This document shows, piece by piece, positions 19,485 through 28,496 of a DNA stretch of 64,000 nucleotides. A program made the translations under genes and the position numbers. Position 1 is the first letter of the stretch, and every line of letters begins with the position of its first letter. A model generated the notes under the pieces. The model saw nothing but the letters and a program-made list of their open reading frames with translations, was not told the DNA's origin and did no database searches. Origin of the DNA: a virus (lineage: Duplodnaviria; Caudoviricetes); IMG/VR virus record IMGVR_UViG_3300033067_000365, positions 5,574-69,573 of that record; one strand, 5' to 3'.

Positions 19485-19883
19485 GTTTAGCAGCTGTGAA
19501 GATTCCTCCATGACTGCATCTTTAATCCAGCTGTGAGCTGCAAAAATTCGTGCTGCGTTTTCTTTAGAGAATGCGACTTCAGTCTTACCCTCAGAGATGC
19601 CGCGCCAACCGATTACACGGACAATAGCGGCTTCGATAGACAACTCTTCAGCTTCTTCAATTGTCATATCTTCTACATCTTTACCACGGCGTTTAGCTTG
19701 CTGTTCACGTAGACGGAACTCTGCATATTTCTTACGAGCATAAGCTTTTACGGTTTTAGATTGGTCACCACGTACAGTGATAAAAGCGCCTGTTGGTTCC
19801 TGTGTTCCGGGAAGTAGTAGCTCGAATTCGTAGCCAGCTTCAGCAGCGTCAGCAAAGTTGTTTTTGTTTAGGTCAAATGACAT
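19470..19883 (-). CDS. tail assembly chaperone (gpG-like)
   Basis: Between tube and TMP; ends ...LLNFRPK; start moved to ATG 19883. Confidence 0.8.
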   Translation of the reverse strand: MSFDLNKNNFADAAEAGYEFELLLPGTQEPTGAFITVRGDQSKTVKAYARKKYAEFRLREQQAKRRGKDVEDMTIEEAEELSIEAAIVRVIGWRGISEGKTEVAFSKENAARIFAAHSWIKDAVMEESSQLLNFRPK

Positions 19884-19937
19884 ATAGTTTCCTTTCACTA
19901 TGTTAATAAATGGGTATTATCCCGCTATACAGTTGTA

Positions 19938-19966
19938 ATTATATCATAAAAAACGGGAAAAAGCAA
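19938..19966 (-). promoter_or_regulatory. sigma70-type promoter
   Basis: TTGCTT-17-TATAAT with TG extension. Confidence 0.7.
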
Positions 19967-19993
19967 GATGTTTATTGTAGTATAGACGAAAGA

Positions 19994-20024
19994 AAAACCC
20001 CAAGGATTTCTCCAAGGGGTTTAT
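19994..20024 (-). terminator. intrinsic terminator after the tail tube gene
   Basis: Same 31 bp as 13704-13734. Confidence 0.8.
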
Positions 20025-20054
20025 CACAATGGCCTCTAAGGGCAACTGTCAAAA

Positions 20055-21266
20055 TTAAGCAACAGCTGAATCTTGAATTTGAATTGTAGTTGCAGGTAAA
20101 CCAGCAGTTGTTACATCGTTTAATAGAGCTTGGAAGCTTGTAGAAGCTACTAAACCTAATTCGTTGTCATCCTTGCTGAAGCTACCTAATTTAACTTTAG
20201 GAATTGTGAATGTTACGAAGTCTGCGTTATTGGCAGTACTTGTAGTCATTGCTAATACTAAGCTAACTGTGGTTTCATCTTTGAAGTAATTACGGAATGT
20301 AGCGTCTTGGAAGTATACGCTTAAGTTACCTGTAACACGGATACGACCTGTGAAGATATCAGCAACAGAGTTAGAACCAACAGCAGTTGCATTCTCAGTA
20401 GCACGTTCGATTGTGAAATCGGCAGATGTTACGAGGGCAACAGGAGCGCCTTGAACTAACATTACACCGTTAACAGCAGCAAAGATACCATTAGTATTTT
20501 GAGCAGTAGGTGAGCTGAAGTATTGTGTAGTACCTGTTAAAGCTAAGTCTTTACCAGCAAAGCCTACGTCAATAGTGCTTAGACCAGTAGCAGGAAGTTG
20601 AATAGCAACGCTATTTACTTTCATACCAGTGTAAACTTCAGATTGAGCGATATCAGAGTAGAACTCTTCAACAGTGTAAGATTGGTCAGTGTGACCAGTA
20701 GAAGGAACGAATGTTACTTTACCGATTGCTGTAGCAGTTACAGAAATGATTGGACCTTCTTCAGCTAAGAGCGTACCGTTTACAACAGAAACTGTTAATT
20801 CTAAAGCTGAAGCAGTAGCGATAAGTAAGTTGTTACCAACGTTGTCTGTATCTAAACCAGCACCTGTTAAGCGGATAATCATACCGACTTGGAAACCGTC
20901 TGTTAACCATGAACCAGAAGCACGAGTTACTGTGTACAATGTACCAGAAGCTGCGATAGTTACTGAAAGGCTAGAAGCGGTTGGGGCTGTTGTGAAATCA
21001 CGAGCTACAGCTGAACCCATAAAGTCTGCGTAAGTGGCTGGAGAAAGTTCACCGTTTAATGAGCCTTCTGCGCTACGTACACCGTGGCGATAGTCAGCAA
21101 CTTGGCGGTCTGTACGGATTTCGTTAGACTCGTAAGTTTCTTTCATTAAGTTAAAGTTAGCTGTAACACGGCGTAGTAATTTACCACCAGATGCACCAGC
21201 TGGAGTACCGAAGGTAGTTTCCTTCTTGTAGCCGATTTTCTTGGCAGTTCCGACTGAAATTGTCAT
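20055..21266 (-). CDS. major tail tube protein (phage tube-2 type, with internal insert)
   Basis: KETTFGT...LRR.T...ESNEIR.DRQ motif; R.RVTGNLSVYF.D. Confidence 0.85.
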   Translation of the reverse strand: MTISVGTAKKIGYKKETTFGTPAGASGGKLLRRVTANFNLMKETYESNEIRTDRQVADYRHGVRSAEGSLNGELSPATYADFMGSAVARDFTTAPTASSLSVTIAASGTLYTVTRASGSWLTDGFQVGMIIRLTGAGLDTDNVGNNLLIATASALELTVSVVNGTLLAEEGPIISVTATAIGKVTFVPSTGHTDQSYTVEEFYSDIAQSEVYTGMKVNSVAIQLPATGLSTIDVGFAGKDLALTGTTQYFSSPTAQNTNGIFAAVNGVMLVQGAPVALVTSADFTIERATENATAVGSNSVADIFTGRIRVTGNLSVYFQDATFRNYFKDETTVSLVLAMTTSTANNADFVTFTIPKVKLGSFSKDDNELGLVASTSFQALLNDVTTAGLPATTIQIQDSAVA

Positions 21267-21330
21267 ATTATTTTCCTTATTAATTTACATTTTGCAAAAT
21301 GTCTGATTCAGGTAATCAGCAACCATTTAA

Positions 21331-21738
21331 TTAGGCCGAATATACTTCAGCTACTAATTCAATTATCACAGGACACACAAGCCTATCAGTTGTAATGGTA
21401 GGGCCAGCTACTTGCGGGGTACGCAGTACGTGAATCCTGACATTGTTCTCCAGCAAGGTTAGACCTTTACTAAAATGGTTCCTGATTAACTCGGCACGAG
21501 CCAAAACTTCAGCTGTTCCTTTGTTTAACTCACCAGCAACAAAAATTTGCATGGTAACTCGTTCACGATGAAATCCAGTACCCAATACAGGGTCTTCTGG
21601 ACGTTCTATTCTAAATTGAACTCTTTGATATAAACCTGTAGGTGGTGTGAAGGATACTCCCTCGTAACCTGTAGGTTTAGTAGGCGTGAGCGTAGAGAGG
21701 TGTCTCTCTGCAGCTCTTTTTATCTCGATAATTGCCAT
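21331..21738 (-). CDS. tail terminator protein
   Basis: Size and position before the tube gene; G..Q....G.GT....RAE.I..HF..G.TL motif. Confidence 0.75.
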   Translation of the reverse strand: MAIIEIKRAAERHLSTLTPTKPTGYEGVSFTPPTGLYQRVQFRIERPEDPVLGTGFHRERVTMQIFVAGELNKGTAEVLARAELIRNHFSKGLTLLENNVRIHVLRTPQVAGPTITTDRLVCPVIIELVAEVYSA

Positions 21739-22262
21739 TATGTCGCCTTATAATATTCGTTTAACTCTAGTTGATAAATACCTAAAATACTTTCAACGGT
21801 TGGAGCCATAATACCTCTAGGTGCTTGTTGTGAGTATCCACCCTCTAGTGAACCAAAACGAGGTTGTGTAAAACCTTGCGTAGCAACATACGGTACACTG
21901 TTTACAATATGAACTGTGTCACCTAATTTGTAACTCTTAACGTCTTGTTTAGCAAAATCTTTAGTATTAGTAGCGTCTGCGCTATCAGCTCTTATAGGAA
22001 CAAGAACTTTATCGTATTTATCTATGTAGATTCCCCAACCACCTTTAGCTGAACCAGCGATTGGTTGAAACCATTTAAGACGTTCCCAATTGTTGTAGAA
22101 CTTAGAGTAAGCGATATGATTACCGTATGGAGTATTATCAATGGCTTGCACAGCTACGTTGTAACTGAACATTTCAACCATATTCTCCATCTTCTTAATT
22201 GCTTCTATATGAAACTCTTGCAATTGCTTCAAAAGAGCAGTAGTATTGCAGGATATTTTCAT
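21738..22262 (-). CDS. tail completion / neck protein (HK97 gp10-like)
   Basis: DNTP.G...SAKGGW...I.NSVPY..LE.G.S.QAP.G. Confidence 0.75.
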   Translation of the reverse strand: MKISCNTTALLKQLQEFHIEAIKKMENMVEMFSYNVAVQAIDNTPYGNHIAYSKFYNNWERLKWFQPIAGSAKGGWGIYIDKYDKVLVPIRADSADATNTKDFAKQDVKSYKLGDTVHIVNSVPYVATQGFTQPRFGSLEGGYSQQAPRGIMAPTVESILGIYQLELNEYYKAT

Positions 22263-22265
22263 ATA

Positions 22266-22625
22266 TTACCCTTTTACAGCTACTAAGCGATATAAAACTA
22301 TTGCACCTTTAGCGCGATGTTCTACTAAGGACTCAATTGTAAAAGTTTCACCTGATACTACAATCTTATCTTGTACTGTAGGGGTAAAAGCTAAAGTATC
22401 ATTAGCCAGATAGAAAATTGCAGCAGTCTTACCAATTAAACTAGGGTAGCTATATTGATTAGCACTAATATGCTTTTTATACATAGTTACCGTATAGGCA
22501 GTCTCTGTATTAGCTGTACTACCAGTTTCAATATTATACGTTCCTTCAGTTATTGAAAGATAACTCATAGACTCACCATGAGTTGTAATTAATTTCTTTG
22601 TTGATGCTAAGAATTGATTTGACAT
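22266..22625 (-). CDS. head closure / stopper protein
   Basis: Position and size; YNIETG motif. Confidence 0.65.
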   Translation of the reverse strand: MSNQFLASTKKLITTHGESMSYLSITEGTYNIETGSTANTETAYTVTMYKKHISANQYSYPSLIGKTAAIFYLANDTLAFTPTVQDKIVVSGETFTIESLVEHRAKGAIVLYRLVAVKG

Positions 22626-22633
22626 TTAGCACC

Positions 22634-23038
22634 TCAAATATTGAAGCTTAATGAAGGCAAGCCTGTATTGTTTTGTGTAGGACTAATGATGATATTATTG
22701 TCTAAGTTAGCATCGTTTGCTTGCATGTCTGCTTTGCTGATACCACCTGCATAACCTTGTAGTACCTGTAATGATTGATTTAATTCAGGATTCTTAACAT
22801 AGGCTTGTAGGGCAGCAATATAGTTCTTAGCAGCAGCTGCACCTTTAATACTGAAAAGGTCTACGGTTTCATCTGTACGCATTGATAGCTTAAGCATAAT
22901 ACTCTTAGCTGCATCTAGTGATGCTCTGCGAACTGAATTGTCATTCTTCGTCAAGAAGTATGTATACTCAGCATCAGACATAATTGGGAAATTTACATCT
23001 GTATCACCGAGTTCATAACGGATAGATTGTACTGTCAT
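22634..23038 (-). CDS. head-tail adaptor
   Basis: VRYELGDTD....SDAEY.YFL motif right after the capsid gene. Confidence 0.75.
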   Translation of the reverse strand: MTVQSIRYELGDTDVNFPIMSDAEYTYFLTKNDNSVRRASLDAAKSIMLKLSMRTDETVDLFSIKGAAAAKNYIAALQAYVKNPELNQSLQVLQGYAGGISKADMQANDANLDNNIIISPTQNNTGLPSLSFNI

Positions 23039-23145
23039 TTATATTCCTCTATTGATGTAAAATATCTAACATAAATACTGAACATATAATACGCTCAGTA
23101 TTTAAGTTAGATGCCTCCGAAGAGGCAATCTAAACTATCTAATGA

Positions 23146-24159
23146 TTAGTTAGAAGTTGTCAACTGTACAACAGCTTGTGGGCGGCGTACTAAGTTGAGG
23201 AAGTTGGCTTCTGATTCAATAGTGATTTCAGCGCCTTTAGGGTCACGGTATGTGAACACGTAAGCTTCTTCACCGAGGGTGTTAACGAAGTCAAACTTGT
23301 TAGCTGGTGAGAAGTAGGTCTTGAACATCTCTTGTGTACCTGTTGGGAGCATGTAAGCTTCGCCAGCTGGAATTAGAGGTGAACCGTTGTATGAACCACG
23401 GTATTCGATGTACTCAACACCACCGTGTACGAAACGGCGATATAGACCAGAACCTAAACGTTGACGTAATGGCTCTTGAGTGCTTGTGTAGTACTTGTAA
23501 GCTTCTTTAACGCTTGCGTGGTTGATTAACTTACCGAAGAATGCTGGTGAGCATAATACGATAATATTGCTAACGACTTCACCAGTTTGGATGTTGTCTT
23601 GAATGTGAGCAATACCTTCTTCAGACTTAGCGGTTAAGTCAGTAGTAGTAGTACCTAATACGAAGTCGATAGACTTGCGTGTAACACCGAAATCAGTGTA
23701 GAAGTTGCCAGCTACAGTACCGTTAGGAGCATAGATTGCACCAGTAGTGATAGCGTAAGCACGGGCGGCTTCTAGACTGATAGAGTGGTTAGCGCGGATA
23801 CGCTCTAACTTACGTGCAATCACAGCAGCTTCAGTTTCAGCTTGGTCAGCAGAACCGTAAGCGCGTTTACCTTGTACGTCCTGTGGCTTAACGGAGTCGT
23901 CAAGTGGGAAGTGAGGGATAGCGAAAGAACGTAATGTACGTGTGTCGTCTTTGTTAACGTTGTTGCGCTCACCGCGAACTTTGTCGGTAACTAAGCCGAG
24001 AGTACCATCACGAGATTCAACGGTAACTGAGTGTTGTGAAACTGGCTCGTTATCGAAGATGCCTAATTCATTGATTAGACCCCATTTATTTGGGACTAAG
24101 AGTAATTCTTGAGTGTAATCTACTAACTCAAATGGTTTGTCAAAACTGCGTACTTGCAT
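23146..24159 (-). CDS. major capsid protein (lambda E-like, HK97 fold)
   Basis: 337 aa; IPHFPL.D...D.QG.R.YG; follows the decoration gene. Confidence 0.92.
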   Translation of the reverse strand: MQVRSFDKPFELVDYTQELLLVPNKWGLINELGIFDNEPVSQHSVTVESRDGTLGLVTDKVRGERNNVNKDDTRTLRSFAIPHFPLDDSVKPQDVQGKRAYGSADQAETEAAVIARKLERIRANHSISLEAARAYAITTGAIYAPNGTVAGNFYTDFGVTRKSIDFVLGTTTTDLTAKSEEGIAHIQDNIQTGEVVSNIIVLCSPAFFGKLINHASVKEAYKYYTSTQEPLRQRLGSGLYRRFVHGGVEYIEYRGSYNGSPLIPAGEAYMLPTGTQEMFKTYFSPANKFDFVNTLGEEAYVFTYRDPKGAEITIESEANFLNLVRRPQAVVQLTTSN

Positions 24160-24196
24160 GTTATATATTCCTTATTATGTTTATTACGGTAGCTGA

Positions 24197-24595
24197 TTAA
24201 ACTGCATCGTTACATGCAATACCTTTAGCTTCTAACGCAGCATAAATAGCGGCTAATTCAGGAGCGGTATTGTGAGTAGCATCTAAGACTAAACCTGCTT
24301 TAGATACGATAGCTGGACCTTTGATGAGTACGAGCACTTTGGTATCTGTAGTAGCGGCAATAGCTTGCTCACCGATTACGATAGCGTCAGCGACTTCTGA
24401 ACCATCAGTAGCAGTCTGTACAGAGATTTTGTACTTACCGTCAGCTGTTACCTTACCGAGAACGGTACCGGGAACGTAGCTCTTAGCGGCTGCTTCGTTT
24501 ACTGTAACTACGGCGCGAGTGAAACCACTCTCAGGCCATAATTCTTGTTTTACAACGTTAGAAAGACGTTTTGCTTCTGTTGCGATAACTGTCAT
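24197..24595 (-). CDS. head decoration protein
   Basis: GTVLGKVTADGKY...DGSE.A.AI motif; upstream of the capsid gene. Confidence 0.85.
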   Translation of the reverse strand: MTVIATEAKRLSNVVKQELWPESGFTRAVVTVNEAAAKSYVPGTVLGKVTADGKYKISVQTATDGSEVADAIVIGEQAIAATTDTKVLVLIKGPAIVSKAGLVLDATHNTAPELAAIYAALEAKGIACNDAV

Positions 24596-24614
24596 TTTTA
24601 TTTTCCTTTAGTTT

Positions 24615-25598
24615 TTAATTACTTGCTTGCTTGGCTTTAAGTAATTTCGCCACAGCAGATTCTTGAATAACAGGCTCTTCTGTAGCAGAAGCACCCTTTT
24701 CAACAAACATCTCAGAAGTTTCTACAGTACTCATCATTGCTTCTAGAGCAGCGATAAATGCAGTAAAATCATCTTCAGATTCTAATGATAGAGCAGCCTT
24801 TGCGATTGCTTCTACTTTGCCTTCGTCTTTAACGATAGCTTTAACTTTTTCTGTTTTTGCCTTATTGATAGCTTCTTTTTTCTCAGCTTCAAATTTGGCA
24901 ATCGCGTCAAGTGCTTTTTGTAATTCGACCTTTTGCTCTTCGAAAGCTTTCTGGACTAATTCAAATTGAGCTTTTTCAACGGTTTCGACTTTTAATTCGT
25001 CATCCATCTTAGATTTCTCCAATTCTTCTTTGATAACAGAGGTAGATACCTCTTCTTTAATAACCTCGCATGCGGGTGAGGTATCAGTACCTTCTGCAGA
25101 AGCAGCAGGTGCGGATTCTTGTGTAGATTTCTCTACTTCAGCTAATGCTTTCTCAATCAACTCTTGGTCGGTTAGCATTGCTAGATATTCTGTTTCATCT
25201 AATTCGGAGAGTACACCTGCAAGACTTTCAGCTTCGTTAGCTGACTTCAAAATTTCGAAAGCTTCGAGTTTAGATTGAATATAATCTTCATATGTTTCAG
25301 TTTGAACTTGTTCTGCTTCAGGTTCTACATAACCCATCATAGCAGCGAGAAGTTTACTGTCGCTGTAGTACATACCGAAGAACTTCTGTAAGAAGTCTGG
25401 TAATTCCATAGTCACACGAACTTGTTGCATTTTCTGCACAAACTCTTCGCTAAACTTGTTAGCTTTTAGGACTAAGGCATAATCGTGATTATTAGCAGGA
25501 CCGCCTTGGGCCTTTGCTGTAAGGGCAACGTGTGCGCCTTCTTGTTCAAAGCTAATATCAGATAACTTACGTTTAGCTTTACGTTTGGTAGTTGCCAT
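24615..25598 (-). CDS. capsid scaffolding protein
   Basis: Acidic coiled-coil ORF between protease and decoration genes. Confidence 0.7.
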   Translation of the reverse strand: MATTKRKAKRKLSDISFEQEGAHVALTAKAQGGPANNHDYALVLKANKFSEEFVQKMQQVRVTMELPDFLQKFFGMYYSDSKLLAAMMGYVEPEAEQVQTETYEDYIQSKLEAFEILKSANEAESLAGVLSELDETEYLAMLTDQELIEKALAEVEKSTQESAPAASAEGTDTSPACEVIKEEVSTSVIKEELEKSKMDDELKVETVEKAQFELVQKAFEEQKVELQKALDAIAKFEAEKKEAINKAKTEKVKAIVKDEGKVEAIAKAALSLESEDDFTAFIAALEAMMSTVETSEMFVEKGASATEEPVIQESAVAKLLKAKQASN

Positions 25599-26392
25599 TA
25601 TTCTTCCTCTTCAATTGTTTCGACTGATGCCATAGCACCAATACTTAAGCCGTTAATATCACCTGACTTAATCAAGTCCCAAAGCTCGTCATCTAAAGCT
25701 TGTACTGTGGCTAACCAAGTACCTTTTTTAACGAATTTATCTCCGAGAACGAAATCTGTAGGGCAGCAATAACTTTCACAAAACTCGAAAGTACTTGTTT
25801 CAACTAAGTGAAATAAATTAGCCTTCATTGAGTATTTATTAAAATTGTGACAAGCTTTACGAACTTCCGCTTCGGTAGTAGTATCTCCGTGAGCATCAAT
25901 TTCATCTGGAACCATCACAATAAAAGTAGCTTGCTTTAATTCTTCATCTAAAGCTTTTGTAATAGGTAATTTGATACCTAAAAGTTCATCTTCAGTATTT
26001 AATTCAGTATCTGTAATCTCTTTTGTATAAGATTTTACAATCTCTTCCTTTTTAAGGATAGACCGTGACCATGCTCTTCCAGCTGAACCACCCCAAAGTA
26101 ACCAAGCTATGGTTCCTGCTGTAGGTCCACCATCTGGCATTTTCTTTTTAGGGTTATAGTTCTTCTCGTGGCGGCTGAAGAATGCGTACATTCTTTTAAC
26201 AGATTCTAAGCTTAAGTTGCCATTGATAATATCTCTTGCCCTAGCTACGCCTGAACCTACACCTGCATCGGATGCTTGGTCGGCACTAAGTCCACCGCGA
26301 TTCCATTTCTCGCGTAAGGCTAAACCTCTACGAGCATTATTTCTCATAGCGTCAGTGGGAGCGAAACTCTTAGCTTTATTTATTTGTTCCAT
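25598..26392 (-). CDS. prohead protease (XkdF/S78-2 type) with extra N-terminal domain
   Basis: VMVPDEIDAHGD...NLFH...GTWL...W..IKSG..NGLSIG. Confidence 0.8.
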   Translation of the reverse strand: MEQINKAKSFAPTDAMRNNARRGLALREKWNRGGLSADQASDAGVGSGVARARDIINGNLSLESVKRMYAFFSRHEKNYNPKKKMPDGGPTAGTIAWLLWGGSAGRAWSRSILKKEEIVKSYTKEITDTELNTEDELLGIKLPITKALDEELKQATFIVMVPDEIDAHGDTTTEAEVRKACHNFNKYSMKANLFHLVETSTFEFCESYCCPTDFVLGDKFVKKGTWLATVQALDDELWDLIKSGDINGLSIGAMASVETIEEEE

Positions 26393-26418
26393 ACTCGCCT
26401 CTCAATAGTATATACATA

Positions 26419-26447
26419 ATTATATCACATTTTCCATAAAAAATCAA
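26419..26447 (-). promoter_or_regulatory. sigma70-type promoter for head genes
   Basis: TTGATT-17-TATAAT with TG extension. Confidence 0.75.
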
Positions 26448-26460
26448 GTGAAATATTGTT

Positions 26461-26679
26461 TTACTTGAAATTAAGTTCGTAAAAGTACTCATACCACTCT
26501 ACAATATCTCCAGTAAGCCTGTGAAAATATTCAAACCAGTTATGAATTCCAATGGCGTAAGTCTGTTTCCAAGTGTCATTACTCTTAATAAAAACTGAAT
26601 CCGCAGGAATCCAGTTTCCATTTATCTTGACGTAAGGTTCAGATGTAGACCAGTAATCGTCAATCTTTATAAGTTTCAT
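26461..26679 (-). CDS. hypothetical fibre-accessory-like protein
   Basis: YVKINGNW...VFIK..DTWK, typical of fibre-associated peptides. Confidence 0.55.
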   Translation of the reverse strand: MKLIKIDDYWSTSEPYVKINGNWIPADSVFIKSNDTWKQTYAIGIHNWFEYFHRLTGDIVEWYEYFYELNFK

Positions 26680-26921
26680 TAGTAGTACTTTATCCAGATA
26701 TCTCCATCAGAACCTAAGTTATTGTCTGGAGCAGATTGAGAAATTATCACATCGCGTTGACCTAAAGTACCTACAGCATCTAACTCTTTTACGCTTCCAT
26801 CTGAAAATTTAATAATTAATTTACCGTTGTGGGTATAAAGTTTTGTAAATCCTGCTGGAGGCGTAATACCATCATCTACAATGTCTGGAATCTGAATAGG
26901 GGTTAATAACCGATATGTCAT
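26679..26921 (-). CDS. hypothetical fibre-like protein
   Basis: IISQSAP....GSDGDIWIKY motif. Confidence 0.55.
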   Translation of the reverse strand: MTYRLLTPIQIPDIVDDGITPPAGFTKLYTHNGKLIIKFSDGSVKELDAVGTLGQRDVIISQSAPDNNLGSDGDIWIKYY

Positions 26922-28264
26922 GGCTTGATTCCTATAATTGTAACTGCTAAGTCGGTCGTAGCAACAGATGTTGTAATAGTTAATGAGTTTACGTTTACTG
27001 ATGAAACAGCTGTTTGAACTTGCGAACCAGCTAACATAGTATTAATTGTAAAAGCATCCTTATCAACCAGATTCAGATTATGCTCTAAAGTATACGCAGT
27101 ATTTGCCAAGGTATTAATCTTACCAAAATAGGTTAAAGTGTTAGAGACACCACCAGTTGGAGCTTTATTCTCCCATAGACTAGCAGTTGAATTCCAAGTT
27201 AAAACTTGACCGTCAGCTAAATTATTAATTTTTACATCATGTATTTCATCTAGCTCATAGCCGTTTTGAACTTTTACTTCGATTACACCTTGATTTTTAT
27301 GGCTACGTGTAACAACACCAACATAAACCATATGATATGGAGCCTTATGTTTTGTTGTAGTATAAGTTCCAGCGTCAAGTGGACTAAGATATAGTTGAAC
27401 ACCTTCGTTAAATGCTGATGTATCTAAGTTGGTAACCGCACCAACTATTGTTACATAACCGTTCTGATTATGTAGAATATTATTAGTAACTAAACCTAAC
27501 GTCTGTGCAGAAGTTTGGTCACTGGTCGCAATAGCTTTACTTACCAGTGGCTTATTTCCAGCCGCACCAGAGATATAGACAGCCGTGCCTTTTAGAAGAG
27601 TTGCACCTGTCTCATTTCGTACTTGAATAACAAGCGTAGAAGCTGGAGAAGCCTCTGATACCTGCAAATGATAAGTGTTACCGTCTTTTGTAACGTTTAA
27701 ACTACCATCTGGTGAATCTATAACTGTTTGGTCCACTGGAGGGATGACACTTAAATCATAAGTATTTGACCCTGAGTTAATAATACTCACAGTATTATCT
27801 TGTGAAGTTAAGTTAACTGCAGCAGAGATAGCAATATTCTGCTCGATATACTCTTTTATTGCTATTTCACTGGTAACAATCTTTTCACCAGTATCAAAGA
27901 GAAGTACGAGCTGACCTTTGTCATCAAAGTCTGCAGACACTAAGGAACGATTTAAACCACTCTGTAAGGCGTTTTTAGGCAAGAAGGCTTGCTGTATAGT
28001 CTCTCGTTTAGAATCGACTGTAGAAAGCGTTTTAGCAGCATCTAGAACTGCTTTCAGATGCATCGGTACTGCGGGTGCAGACTTTCGCTTTTCATTAGCT
28101 AGTTTTCGCTCTTCAATGCTCACAGCTTGAGATGCAGCGAATAAGGCTGCTTGCTCATCTTCAAATTTACTGAATGATTTATTAGCAGCCTCTATATAAA
28201 TATTTCTAAGTGCCTTAGATTTACCCTGCATGGAGACAGGTAAGTTTGATTCGCTCCAATGCAT
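26918..28264 (-). CDS. putative virion (head fibre/decoration) protein with ChaB-like N-terminus
   Basis: N-terminus W...NLP.S....S...R.I.I.AAN; beta-rich C-half (VRNETGATL.KG..VY.SG). Confidence 0.6.
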   Translation of the reverse strand: MHWSESNLPVSMQGKSKALRNIYIEAANKSFSKFEDEQAALFAASQAVSIEERKLANEKRKSAPAVPMHLKAVLDAAKTLSTVDSKRETIQQAFLPKNALQSGLNRSLVSADFDDKGQLVLLFDTGEKIVTSEIAIKEYIEQNIAISAAVNLTSQDNTVSIINSGSNTYDLSVIPPVDQTVIDSPDGSLNVTKDGNTYHLQVSEASPASTLVIQVRNETGATLLKGTAVYISGAAGNKPLVSKAIATSDQTSAQTLGLVTNNILHNQNGYVTIVGAVTNLDTSAFNEGVQLYLSPLDAGTYTTTKHKAPYHMVYVGVVTRSHKNQGVIEVKVQNGYELDEIHDVKINNLADGQVLTWNSTASLWENKAPTGGVSNTLTYFGKINTLANTAYTLEHNLNLVDKDAFTINTMLAGSQVQTAVSSVNVNSLTITTSVATTDLAVTIIGIKP

Positions 28265-28272
28265 GGGTATCC

Positions 28273-28494
28273 TTATTTATACTTAGATTTTAAAATATCT
28301 TCGACAGACTTGCTAACCTTACCTTTTTTGTAAGCGTCTTCTGCATTTTTCATGGCAGCTAAAGAGGCAATACGAGCCTTCTCTTCAGAACCTGTATCTT
28401 TCAAGGTCTGATTGAAAACACGTATAGCAACTTCTTGAACTGCTTCGGACTTCTTTGAAGCCCATTGCGGAGGATTTGATTTTGAATAAGGCAT
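28273..28494 (-). CDS. ChaB-like protein
   Basis: MPYS....P.W.....E..Q...I.VFN..L....E..A...A..A.K pattern. Confidence 0.65.
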   Translation of the reverse strand: MPYSKSNPPQWASKKSEAVQEVAIRVFNQTLKDTGSEEKARIASLAAMKNAEDAYKKGKVSKSVEDILKSKYK

Positions 28495-28496
28495 AA

